This document shows positions 1-7,576 of a stretch of DNA of 32,000 nucleotides, piece by piece. The position numbers and the translations under genes are program-made. The notes under the pieces were generated by a model. That model searched no databases and was not told the origin of the DNA. It saw only the letters and a program-made list of their open reading frames with translations. Origin of the DNA: Candidatus Methanophagaceae archaeon (GTDB lineage Archaea > Halobacteriota > Syntropharchaeia > Alkanophagales > Methanospirareceae); the NCBI GenBank assembly GCA_003194425.1, contig PQXB01000001.1:640444-672443 (forward strand), written 5' to 3'. The first letter of the stretch is position 1. Every line of letters starts with the position of its first letter.

Positions 1-647
1 GCGAAATTCCGCGTGAGAGCTTCTACCCCGTCCCTTTCGTTGTTCCTGTCTCGCGTTTTGTGGAGGCGTGGAAGGGCGTGCCGCAGTTGGAACTCTCGGT
101 TCACCCGCACTGCGGTGCAGCGACTTACGTCTTCGTTGAGGACGGGCGGTTCAAGCCGATAACCGAGTTCCTGGATGTTGAGGGTTTTATGGAATTCCTG
201 AAAGAAAGAGCGGACGAGATGAGCAGCAGCGGGTCGAAGGTGAGCAAATCAGGAGTGGACAAATCAAGAGTGGACAAATCAAGAGTGGACAAATCAAGAG
301 AGGGCAAATCAAGAGTGGGTAAAATAAAAGCAGTGGCAGGGCTGGTCTCGGCGTTAAGGAAATTTGTGGACAAGGCGAAGATGCCAGAGGGCGTTGACCC
401 TTTAGGTCTGCTTGCAGGTGTGCTGAAAATAGGGAGTCGGGAGGCTCTTGCAGAGTTTCACCGCAAAGCCCTCTTCATCGGTGCAATGCACTTTCAGGAC
501 GCCTACAACTTCGACTTGGAGCGTGTCAAGCGCTGTGGAATCCACTACGCCACGCCCGACCGCCGAATAATTCCGTTCTGCTCTTACAACGCAATTCACC
601 GACCCGCAGTGGAGAAGGCTTTTTCTGTGCCTTTAAACTTTAAATAA
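1..647 (+). CDS. C-terminal part of a radical-SAM-associated protein (COG1964 / tetraether-lipid-synthase-like C-terminal region); the 5' end lies outside the window
   Basis: Frame 3 is open from nt 3 to the TAA at 645-647. The track ORF 60..647 starts only at an internal GTG. The tail looks conserved: HPHCG ... MHFQDAYNFDLERVKRCGIHYATPDRRIIPFCSYN. The family was assigned from memory of this motif and was not searched. Confidence 0.55.
   Translation, partial: EIPRESFYPVPFVVPVSRFVEAWKGVPQLELSVHPHCGAATYVFVEDGRFKPITEFLDVEGFMEFLKERADEMSSSGSKVSKSGVDKSRVDKSRVDKSREGKSRVGKIKAVAGLVSALRKFVDKAKMPEGVDPLGLLAGVLKIGSREALAEFHRKALFIGAMHFQDAYNFDLERVKRCGIHYATPDRRIIPFCSYNAIHRPAVEKAFSVPLNFK
246..320 (+). repeat. 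5 x 15-bp in-frame tandem repeat encoding (K-S-x-V/E-D/G)n
   Basis: Units aaatcaggagtggac / aaatcaagagtggac (x2) / aaatcaagagagggc / aaatcaagagtgggt are contiguous. Confidence 0.95.
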
Positions 648-697
648 AAGAAGAGCGAAAGTAAAAATGCCCTTTTCGAAGAGTAGCGTGACTTGGT

Positions 698-777
698 GAA
701 CGCGAACGGCGAACGCGACGACGAACGCGAGCGACGAACCGCGAACGACGAACGCGAGCGACGAACCGCGAACGACG
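698..777. repeat. Non-coding GC-rich tandem repeat: a 27-mer repeated twice, preceded by a degenerate copy
   Basis: nt 721-747 and 748-774 are identical (acgaacgcgagcgacgaaccgcgaacg). nt 698-720 is a degenerate copy. The sub-unit is about 13 nt, GAAC(C)GCGA..CGAC. No credible ORF covers it. Confidence 0.9.
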
Positions 778-924
778 GAGGATGAACGCTGCAGCAAACA
801 AAGGGCGACAAACGCCGTATTGTACGGTCCCTGCGGTACGCTTCTCTTAAAAACGGCAATGACCGTAGCGGCAACCACAATACGGCACAAATATTTTAGG
901 GGCAGTTAAATACGGAGAAAAGGA

Positions 925-1374
925 ATGAGTGAAGAAATAGAGCGGATAAAGGAGCGGAAGATGCGGGAAATGGAAGAGGAAATGAAAGCAAGGGTAGAAG
1001 GGGAAAAGGGGAAAAAGGGACTGCGAGGGCAGAGGCAAGGGCAGGGTCCTAAAATCGACCACACGTTGACGCTGACTGACAACAGTTTTGTAGAGACGGT
1101 GCGGAAATATCCGCTGATTGTCGTGGACTGCTGGGCGCCCTGGTGCGGTCCCTGCAAAATGGTTGCACCAGTGTTAGAGGAGTTGGCGAAGGAGTACGCG
1201 GGCAGGGTGGTCTTTGGGAAGTTGAACGTGGACGAGAACCCGAGAGTGGCGACTGAATTTGGGATAATGGCGATTCCAACGCTCTTTATTTTTAAGAACG
1301 GCGAGCCTGTGGATGTCATTCAGGGAGCGTTACCGAAGCAGCATTTGGAAGCCCGCGTAAAAGAGTGGCTGTAA
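925..1374 (+). CDS. trxA: Thioredoxin with a roughly 45-aa charged N-terminal extension
   Basis: The WAPWCGPCK active site and a thioredoxin-fold C-terminal region are present. The N-terminus is E/K/R/G-rich and low complexity. Confidence 0.9.
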   Translation: MSEEIERIKERKMREMEEEMKARVEGEKGKKGLRGQRQGQGPKIDHTLTLTDNSFVETVRKYPLIVVDCWAPWCGPCKMVAPVLEELAKEYAGRVVFGKLNVDENPRVATEFGIMAIPTLFIFKNGEPVDVIQGALPKQHLEARVKEWL

Positions 1375-1429
1375 GTAAAACTTTTAAGAAGAGTTTTATT
1401 AAAAGAATTACACTCTTTCTTAGCACAGG

Positions 1430-1463
1430 TTCTTTCTTTAGAAAGAAAGTTTGACTAAAGAAA
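1430..1463 (+). terminator. A/T palindrome plus CTAAAGAAA box downstream of trx (putative terminator and/or promoter module)
   Basis: Inverted repeat ttctttct-tt-agaaagaa at 1430-1447 is followed by agtttgactaaagaaa at 1448-1463. A second box-like copy, agttttattaaaagaa, lies at about 1392-1407. AAAACTTTT follows the trx stop directly. Confidence 0.4.
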
Positions 1464-1479
1464 AAGTGTAAAAAAAGCG

Positions 1480-3069
1480 ATGCAGAGGGGAATAGAAATA
1501 GTGCGGAGGTTTGCGGATTTTGGATTTCAAGTCCAGCCAGAAGCGGTTGAACAAGTCTCTGAACTGCTGAGTCAGCAGTCCGACGCGGAAGCCGAGAGTC
1601 TGTTTGACCTCAACAAAATCGTAGAAGGCGTGAGTAGTTCGTTGGACCCCTCGGTCTTCGTGATTTCTAGCGAGCAGGTAGCCGAATTTCTGAAGAACAA
1701 CGGAACTGCTGCTGCCGCCGCTGACGCAGTGGTAGAGGCGCCGGAAATAATTAAGTCGTTCTCGGACGACGGAAAAGGGGTGGAGCAGAAGGATTTCTTA
1801 CCGCACTTCCTTGACCGCTACGAGCGGCTGAGCAGGCTGATAAAACGAAGGCTGAACTGCGGGCAGATAAAGTCTTTGAAACTGGGTCAGGGCAGAGAGC
1901 GGGGCAGAGGTCAGGGGTGGAGGGACGAGGAGGTCTCGGTAGTGGGAATGGTCTCCTCGGTGAACCGAACTGCGAAAGGAAACCTCCGCGTAGAATTAGA
2001 AGACCCTACAGGGCGTCTCCCAGTAATTCTGCAGCCTCAAGAGGAGGTAATTCCTGACGAAATAATCGGCGTTGCCGGTTCGTTCTCGTCTGACGGCGGA
2101 TTTCTCTTTGCGAGCCGAGTAGTGCGTCCTGATGTGCCTCTGCTTTCTCCTTCTGCGACCTCGCAGTCGGCGGCGTCTCTCAAATCCAAGCCACTCTACG
2201 CGGTCTTTATTTCGGATTTGCACGTGGGCAGCAAGACATTCTTGGAAGAGTCTTGGAACAGCTTCGTGCAGTGGTTGAGAGCGGAGGCGAAGAAAATGGG
2301 GATTGCGTACTTGGTCGTCGCGGGCGACCTCGTGGACGGAATAGGCGTCTACCCGGGTCAGGAGGAAGATTTGTCAATTTTGGACATCGAGGAGCAGTAC
2401 AAAACGGTGGCGGGGTATTTTCACGACCTGCCCTCGCATTTGCACGTTGTGGTCTCGCCTGGAAATCACGACGCGGTCCGCGGTGCCGAGCCACAACCGC
2501 CTCTGCCCGCCGACCTTCAGAGACTCTTCCCGAAGAACACCTCCTTCGTGAGCAGTCCTGCGTACGTAAAACTCGGCGGTAGCAGCAACGGCGGTAGCAG
2601 CAACGGAGGGAACAGCAACGGAGGGAACAGCAACGGCGGTAGCAGCAACGGAGGGAGCAGCAGCAACGGGGGGCAGTGTAGCAGGCTTGTCCTGATTTAC
2701 CACGGGCAGTCGTACGACGATTTTATCAACTCGGTCTCGCGGCTGAGTTACTCAAAGCCCGAGGAGGTGATGCAGGAAATGCTGAGGCGGCGGCACGTCG
2801 CCCCAATTTACGGTCGCTCGGTCTCGGTCGTCCCCGACGGGCAGGACTGCGAGGTAATTGACCTAGTTCCGGATATTTTTCACTGCGGGCACACGCACAC
2901 CGTCGGAGTCTCGAAATACCGAAATGTGCTGCTCATAAATTCCGGGACTTGGCAGTCGCAGACGCCGTACCAAGAGAAGAGGGACATTAAACCTGTGCCG
3001 GGCTGTGCAACGCTCGTGGAGCTGCGTGAAATGAAGGCGAGGGTGCTGGATTTTGAAAAATGCAGCTGA
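1480..3069 (+). CDS. polB: DNA polymerase II (PolD) small subunit DP1
   Basis: Calcineurin-like phosphoesterase motifs are present: ISDLHVGS, VAGDLVDG, PGNHD, HCGHTH. An OB-fold-like middle region is also present. Size is about 529 aa including a (GGSSN)n insert. Confidence 0.9.
   Translation: MQRGIEIVRRFADFGFQVQPEAVEQVSELLSQQSDAEAESLFDLNKIVEGVSSSLDPSVFVISSEQVAEFLKNNGTAAAAADAVVEAPEIIKSFSDDGKGVEQKDFLPHFLDRYERLSRLIKRRLNCGQIKSLKLGQGRERGRGQGWRDEEVSVVGMVSSVNRTAKGNLRVELEDPTGRLPVILQPQEEVIPDEIIGVAGSFSSDGGFLFASRVVRPDVPLLSPSATSQSAASLKSKPLYAVFISDLHVGSKTFLEESWNSFVQWLRAEAKKMGIAYLVVAGDLVDGIGVYPGQEEDLSILDIEEQYKTVAGYFHDLPSHLHVVVSPGNHDAVRGAEPQPPLPADLQRLFPKNTSFVSSPAYVKLGGSSNGGSSNGGNSNGGNSNGGSSNGGSSSNGGQCSRLVLIYHGQSYDDFINSVSRLSYSKPEEVMQEMLRRRHVAPIYGRSVSVVPDGQDCEVIDLVPDIFHCGHTHTVGVSKYRNVLLINSGTWQSQTPYQEKRDIKPVPGCATLVELREMKARVLDFEKCS
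2575..2667 (+). repeat. 6 x 15-bp (last unit 18-bp) in-frame tandem repeat encoding (G-G-S/N-S-N)n inside PolD DP1
   Basis: Units ggcggtagcagcaac x2, ggagggaacagcaac x2, ggcggtagcagcaac, ggagggagcagcagcaac. Confidence 0.95.
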
Positions 3070-4052
3070 AGAAAAAGACAAACAGAGAAACAAGAAAAAG
3101 GGAAAAAGGGAGAGGACTGAGGCTCTTTGCAGTGCGAAAGGTTCTAGGAGTGCGTGGCTGGCTGTGGGAGCGGGTTTACGGTGAGTACGAGCGGTTGCTG
3201 GAGAAGGAGATCCGGGGACAGGGGAAACCCCTGCCCGAGCACGTGGCGGTGATTATGGACGGAAACAGGCGGTACGCGCGGAAAATCGGGATTTCTACCG
3301 AAGAGGGCTACCTCTACGGCGCGGGGATAACCGAGCGTGTGATTGAGTGGTGCTTTGAGGTTGGGGTGAAGCAGCTCACGATTTACGCGTTCTCAATCGA
3401 GAACTTTTCAAGGTCGGACGAGGAGAAAGAGCGGCTGTTTGCGTTGATGCGGACCGAGTTCGAGAAAATAAGCCGAGACGAGCGAGTGCATAAAAACGGC
3501 GTGCAGGTGCGGGCGATCGGAAACCCCAGTCTGCTGCCGGACTCGGTGAGAGCCGCGATAAAAACCGCAGAAGACGCAACCAAGCAGTACGAGAAGTTCA
3601 GGCTCTTCATCGCCCTCGCCTACAGCGGGCGGATGGAAATTGTGGATTCAGTTCGAATAATCGCGAACCTTGTGAAACGAGGCGTGCTCTCCGCGGAAGG
3701 TGTAAATGAGGAGACGGTCTCTCGGCATTTGTACATCAGCGAGATACAGAACGGGTCTTCTACGTCGGCGCAGCCAGCACAGCCAGTGCAGCCAGTGCAG
3801 CCAGCACAGCAGAAAGGGGCGAAAGCCGCGGTGGACTTGATAATTCGAACCGGCGGCGAGCAGCGGCTGAGCAATTTCGTGCCTTGGCAGGCGTTGGGCA
3901 ACGAGTGTGCGGCTTACTTCTGCGCCCCGTTCTGGCCCGAGTTCCGAAAAATCGACCTTCTCCGAGCGGTGAGAACCTACCAAGAGCGGGAGGAGGAGAA
4001 ACGGAAACGCACCGCCTCGAGAACGCTAAAATTAATCAAAACCTTTTCCTAA
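3060..4052 (+). CDS. uppS: Undecaprenyl-diphosphate synthase (cis-prenyltransferase, archaeal UppS)
   Basis: Motifs HVAVIMDGNRRYA and DLIIRTGGEQRLSNF are present. The start is uncertain: ATG 3060 overlaps the polB stop by 10 nt, and the conserved region starts near aa 40. Confidence 0.88.
   Translation: MQLKKKTNRETRKREKGRGLRLFAVRKVLGVRGWLWERVYGEYERLLEKEIRGQGKPLPEHVAVIMDGNRRYARKIGISTEEGYLYGAGITERVIEWCFEVGVKQLTIYAFSIENFSRSDEEKERLFALMRTEFEKISRDERVHKNGVQVRAIGNPSLLPDSVRAAIKTAEDATKQYEKFRLFIALAYSGRMEIVDSVRIIANLVKRGVLSAEGVNEETVSRHLYISEIQNGSSTSAQPAQPVQPVQPAQQKGAKAAVDLIIRTGGEQRLSNFVPWQALGNECAAYFCAPFWPEFRKIDLLRAVRTYQEREEEKRKRTASRTLKLIKTFS
3771..3812 (+). repeat. 4 x 9-bp in-frame repeat encoding (A/V-Q-P)n in UppS
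   Basis: cagccagca cagccagtg cagccagtg cagccagca cagcag, immediately upstream of the conserved DLIIRTGGE block. Confidence 0.9.
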
Positions 4053-4092
4053 AACTTTTTCTTTTTAAGAAAAACTTTACTAAAAGAAATTT
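4051..4092 (+). terminator. 42-nt stop-associated module (hairpin plus CTTTACTAAAAGAAA box), copy 1
   Basis: aaaactttttctt-ttt-aagaaaaactttactaaaagaaatt begins inside the uppS TAA. The stem is 8 bp, tttttctt/aagaaaaa, and contains T5/T6 runs. It matches 31922-31963 at 39 of 42 nt. Confidence 0.45.
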
Positions 4093-4113
4093 ATATTTTT
4101 GATCAAACTTTTC

Positions 4114-4758
4114 CTAAAAGTTTGTTTTTAAAAGTTTGTTCGCTTTTTTGACGGCGTCGACGGCGTCCTTGCCGTAGGCGTCGGCGCCGATTTCAGCAGC
4201 GTACTCAGCAGTTACCGCACCCCCGCCAACCAAAATCTTCACTGCCACGCCCTCCTGCCTGAAATATTTTATAACCTCTGCCATATATTCTCTCGTCGTG
4301 GTCAGCAGTGCGGACATTGCGAGAATGTCGGCGTCGGTCTCACGAACCGCCTCCGCATATTTTTCTTTCGCAACGTCTGTCCCGAGGTCAACGACCTCAA
4401 AGCCGTCAGAGGAGAGCATAATAGTTACAACCTCCTTTCCAATGTCGTGCACATCGCCTTTGACCGTCCCGATGACGACCTTCCTTATTTTGTCTCTCTG
4501 ATTGTACTGCCCTTCTACCTTTAACCCCGCCTGCAGTAGTGGTTTAAGAATTTCCAACGCCTTCTTCGCATTCCAGCCAGCGACCATCAGTTCGGCGTCG
4601 AAATAAATCTCTTTGTATCCTGCCCCGATTTCTCGGAGACCGCTGGTCAGTTCGCCGATGATTTTATACGGACTCGTCCCGGAGTTCAGCTTCTCCTCGC
4701 AGAACGCCTCTATTTTCCTCTTCCTTACATCCAGCAGTGCGTCAAGAATTGAGTGCAT
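4114..4758 (-). CDS. Corrinoid (cobalamin)-binding protein, MtaC/MtbC/MtmC-like
   Basis: A B12-binding cap helix bundle is followed by a Rossmann domain with the DxHxxG signature (GDVHDIGK), SALLTTT and a GGG loop. Length 214 aa. Confidence 0.8.
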   Translation of the reverse strand: MHSILDALLDVRKRKIEAFCEEKLNSGTSPYKIIGELTSGLREIGAGYKEIYFDAELMVAGWNAKKALEILKPLLQAGLKVEGQYNQRDKIRKVVIGTVKGDVHDIGKEVVTIMLSSDGFEVVDLGTDVAKEKYAEAVRETDADILAMSALLTTTREYMAEVIKYFRQEGVAVKILVGGGAVTAEYAAEIGADAYGKDAVDAVKKANKLLKTNF

Positions 4759-4881
4759 TGAATAGAAAATGTGGTAGGATTATTTATCTTTTAAGGATAA
4801 GATAAAAACGGGCGGAAGGAAAGAAGGAAAGAAGGAAAGAAGGAAAAATGAAGGAAAAATGAAAACAAGAAGAGAAATCCT

Positions 4882-5142
4882 GTGCTCTCTGCTCCTGTGC
4901 CACCAGGCTACGACGAGCCGCTCGGTTTCACCTACACAATTCCCGACTGGGGTGCGACGGGGTTCGGAAATCTGTTTTTTGTGCAACTGCTTGACGAGGA
5001 GAGCGGTGGCGAGGTCTGGGATCTCGATGCAGCGTGCTGGGCTTACAGATCGGGCGGAGCAGGAGGAGAAGCGACGCAGACGGCAGTAGAAGAGGAAGAC
5101 ATTGCAAAAGAGATAAAAGAAGCAATAAAAAAGATAAAGTAG
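4882..5142 (+). CDS. Hypothetical small acidic protein (86 aa), GTG start, abutting the thiolase gene
   Basis: Its codon pattern resembles neighbouring genes. The TAG stop lies 3 nt before the thiolase ATG. I recognise no motif. The competing frames (4859..5089 + and 4780..5337 -) look non-protein-like. Confidence 0.45.
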   Translation: MLSAPVPPGYDEPLGFTYTIPDWGATGFGNLFFVQLLDEESGGEVWDLDAACWAYRSGGAGGEATQTAVEEEDIAKEIKEAIKKIK

Positions 5143-5145
5143 AAT

Positions 5146-6480
5146 ATGAAAACCGTAAAAAAGCTCAAGCCGCTCGCGGCGGTCGTAGGCGCGGGTCGGA
5201 CGAAGTTCGGCGAACTGTGGTACAAGAACCCTGAGGAACTGCTGACTGAGGCGGGGATTCGGGCGGTGGAGTCGGTTGAACACGGGCTGAGGCGTAGAGA
5301 TATTCAAGCGTGCTACTTCGGCAGTTTCCTCTACCAAGTAACGAACAAGCTTGCACTCGTTCCGGGATATATGTCGCGGGAACTGGGGCTGAACATTCCG
5401 ATGAGCAACACCGAGGCAGCCTGCGGGTCGGGTGGCTCGGCACTCTACAACGCCTGCCTCGGCGTCAGGTCAGGGGCGTTCGAGGTCGCTCTGGTGGGGG
5501 GGTTCGAGAAAATGACAGACAGGTCGGACAAGATAATTGACGACTTAATGTTTGCGGCAGACCCGCACGAGTTCGACGCGGGCTTCACCTTCGCAGGTCT
5601 CTACGCGACGATGATGACGAGGTACATTCACGATTTCGGGGACGGGAGGGGGAAGAGCGGCGGGAACGGCAACGGGAAAGGCAGCAGCAACGGTAAATGC
5701 CGCGAAGCCCTCGCACTCGTCGCGTGCAAGAACCACCACCACGCGGTAGGCAACGAGTACGCACAGTTCAGAAAAGAGATTTCGGTGGAGGCGGTTCTCG
5801 GGTCGCCGCTGGTCGCGGACCCGATTCGGATGCTGCACTGCTCGCCGGTTTCAGACGGCGCGGTGGCACTTGTAGTAGTCCGCCCCGAGGTGGCGAAGAA
5901 CTACACCGACACGCCCGTCTACATCGTGGGAAGCCAGCAGGCAACCGACGACGTCTCAATCTGCAGCCGCGAGAGCCTCACGGGTGTCAAGGCGACACGG
6001 CTGGCAACTCAGAAGGTCTTGGCGGAGACGGGGCTGACGATGGCGGACATTCAGGTCGCCGAGGTTCACGACTGCTTCACTATCGAGGAAATCTTCTTCT
6101 TGGAAGACTCGGGGTTCTGCGAGCGGGGAGAAGGCTGGAAAGTCGTTTACGAGAGCTGCGCGTCGTCCTCGTCGTCCTCGTCGTCCTTCAAGGGCTTGAG
6201 GCACATTCCTTACCGAAATGCAGGAAACAACGAGCTTGTGGTCAACGCAGGCGGCGGCTTGAAAGCAGACGGCCACCCGGTTGGGGCTACAGGGGTCAGG
6301 CAGGCTTACGAGTGCTTCAAGCAACTGCGGGGCGAGGCAGGCGGGAACCAAGTTGAAGTTGAGGAAGGCGGAGGAGGGGGGCTCAACACGGCTTTGTGCC
6401 ACAACATCGGAGGGACAGGCGGAATCGCTACGGTTCATATTTTAGTGCGGGAGTTAGAAGTTAGAGGAAAGAATTTTTAA
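5146..6480 (+). CDS. Thiolase-family protein (archaeal acetyl-CoA acetyltransferase / SCP-x-type thiolase)
   Basis: Active-site Cys context NTEAACGSGGSA is present, with C-terminal motifs GGGLKADGHPVGATG and CHNIGGTGG. The protein carries G/N-rich and poly-Ser inserts. Confidence 0.85.
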   Translation: MKTVKKLKPLAAVVGAGRTKFGELWYKNPEELLTEAGIRAVESVEHGLRRRDIQACYFGSFLYQVTNKLALVPGYMSRELGLNIPMSNTEAACGSGGSALYNACLGVRSGAFEVALVGGFEKMTDRSDKIIDDLMFAADPHEFDAGFTFAGLYATMMTRYIHDFGDGRGKSGGNGNGKGSSNGKCREALALVACKNHHHAVGNEYAQFRKEISVEAVLGSPLVADPIRMLHCSPVSDGAVALVVVRPEVAKNYTDTPVYIVGSQQATDDVSICSRESLTGVKATRLATQKVLAETGLTMADIQVAEVHDCFTIEEIFFLEDSGFCERGEGWKVVYESCASSSSSSSSFKGLRHIPYRNAGNNELVVNAGGGLKADGHPVGATGVRQAYECFKQLRGEAGGNQVEVEEGGGGGLNTALCHNIGGTGGIATVHILVRELEVRGKNF

Positions 6481-7542
6481 ATGAGAAGAATAGCGTTTTA
6501 CGGCAAGGGAGGGGTGGGGAAATCCACAGTCGGCACGAACATCGCAGCGGCGCTGGCAGAGCAGGGCCTCTCGGTGCTGGTGATTGGCTGCGACCCGAAG
6601 CACGACTGCACGAGAAACCTGCGAGGCGAGGTTGAAATTCCGACAATTCTCGACTTGTCGCGAGAGAAAGGCATCGAGCGGCTTGGTCTTGAGGGGCTCG
6701 TCGGCGAGGCAGGAGGAGCAGGAGGAGCAGGAGGAGCAGGAGGAGCAGGAGGAGCAGGAGGAGCAGAGGGAGGGAGCAGGGTCAGGCTCGACGAGGTCGT
6801 CTACAAGGGTTACAGGGGCGTCTTTTGCGCGGAGTGTGGCGGTCCGAGGCCGGGAATTGGCTGCGCTGGGAGGGGAGTCATCGTTGCGATCGAACTTCTT
6901 AAGCGGCTGAACGCGTTTGAGGAGTTGGAGCCGAAGCCGGAGGTGGTGATTTACGATGTGCCGGGGGATGTGGTCTGCGGCGGGTTTGCGATGCCGCTGC
7001 GGGGCAGTCTGGCCGACGAGGTTTTTGTCGTAACCTCCGCAGACTACCTCGCCCTCTACGCCGCAAACAACATCTGCCGCGGGATAAAAGAGTTCGCATC
7101 CAAAGGCGGAACTCCGTTGGGTGGCTTCGTCTACAATGTCAGGGGCGTGCTTGACGACGAGGCGGTGGTTCGCGGGTTTGCTGAACGGGTCGGGTCGCAG
7201 GTTCTTGGCTGCATTCCCAACGCACACCAAATCGCCGAAGCCGAAATTGAGGGCAGGACTGTGATTGAACACGCACCCGAGAGCGAGGTTGCCGACCTGT
7301 TCCGTGAGTTGGCGCTGCGGCTCTACAACAGCAGGGAAGTCTCTGTTCCCGAGCCGCTGCCCGCAGACGAAATGGTTAGGGTCGGGCAGGAAATCAGGAA
7401 GAGGGCGAGAGAGCGGTCGAGCGAGCGGTCGAGAGAGCGGTCGAGCGAGCGGTCGAGAGAGCGGACGAGAGAGCGGTCGAGCGAGCGGTCGAGCGGGAAG
7501 TGGCAGGACGAAAAAAGCGGAAAAAAATCGAAAATTATTTAA
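6481..7542 (+). CDS. NifH/BchL-family ATPase Fe-S protein (NflH-like; candidate CfbC)
   Basis: P-loop GKGGVGKST is present, together with the cluster cysteines in CAGRG and DVVCGGFAMP. The ATG directly follows the thiolase TAA. The gene carries two tandem-repeat inserts. Confidence 0.85.
   Translation: MRRIAFYGKGGVGKSTVGTNIAAALAEQGLSVLVIGCDPKHDCTRNLRGEVEIPTILDLSREKGIERLGLEGLVGEAGGAGGAGGAGGAGGAGGAEGGSRVRLDEVVYKGYRGVFCAECGGPRPGIGCAGRGVIVAIELLKRLNAFEELEPKPEVVIYDVPGDVVCGGFAMPLRGSLADEVFVVTSADYLALYAANNICRGIKEFASKGGTPLGGFVYNVRGVLDDEAVVRGFAERVGSQVLGCIPNAHQIAEAEIEGRTVIEHAPESEVADLFRELALRLYNSREVSVPEPLPADEMVRVGQEIRKRARERSSERSRERSSERSRERTRERSSERSSGKWQDEKSGKKSKII
6709..6771 (+). repeat. 7 x 9-bp in-frame repeat (gcaggagga) encoding (A-G-G)n in the NifH-like protein
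   Basis: Six perfect units plus one variant (gcagaggga). Confidence 0.95.
7411..7494 (+). repeat. 7 x 12-bp in-frame repeat encoding (E-R-S/T-S/R)n at the C-terminus of the NifH-like protein
   Basis: Units gagcggtcgagc and gagcggtcgaga alternate; one unit is gagcggacgaga. Confidence 0.95.
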
Positions 7543-7576
7543 GGCGTTTGCTCTGTTTAGACTACAAAAAAACAGG

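Noticed and set aside
5697-6356. A 219-aa alternative-frame ORF inside the thiolase gene, with similar ORFs at 5956..6438 (-), 25452..26021 (+) and 24616..25089 (+)
   Set aside because: These are Arg/Gly/Pro-rich off-frame or antisense products of GC-rich genes whose main frames have clear family motifs.
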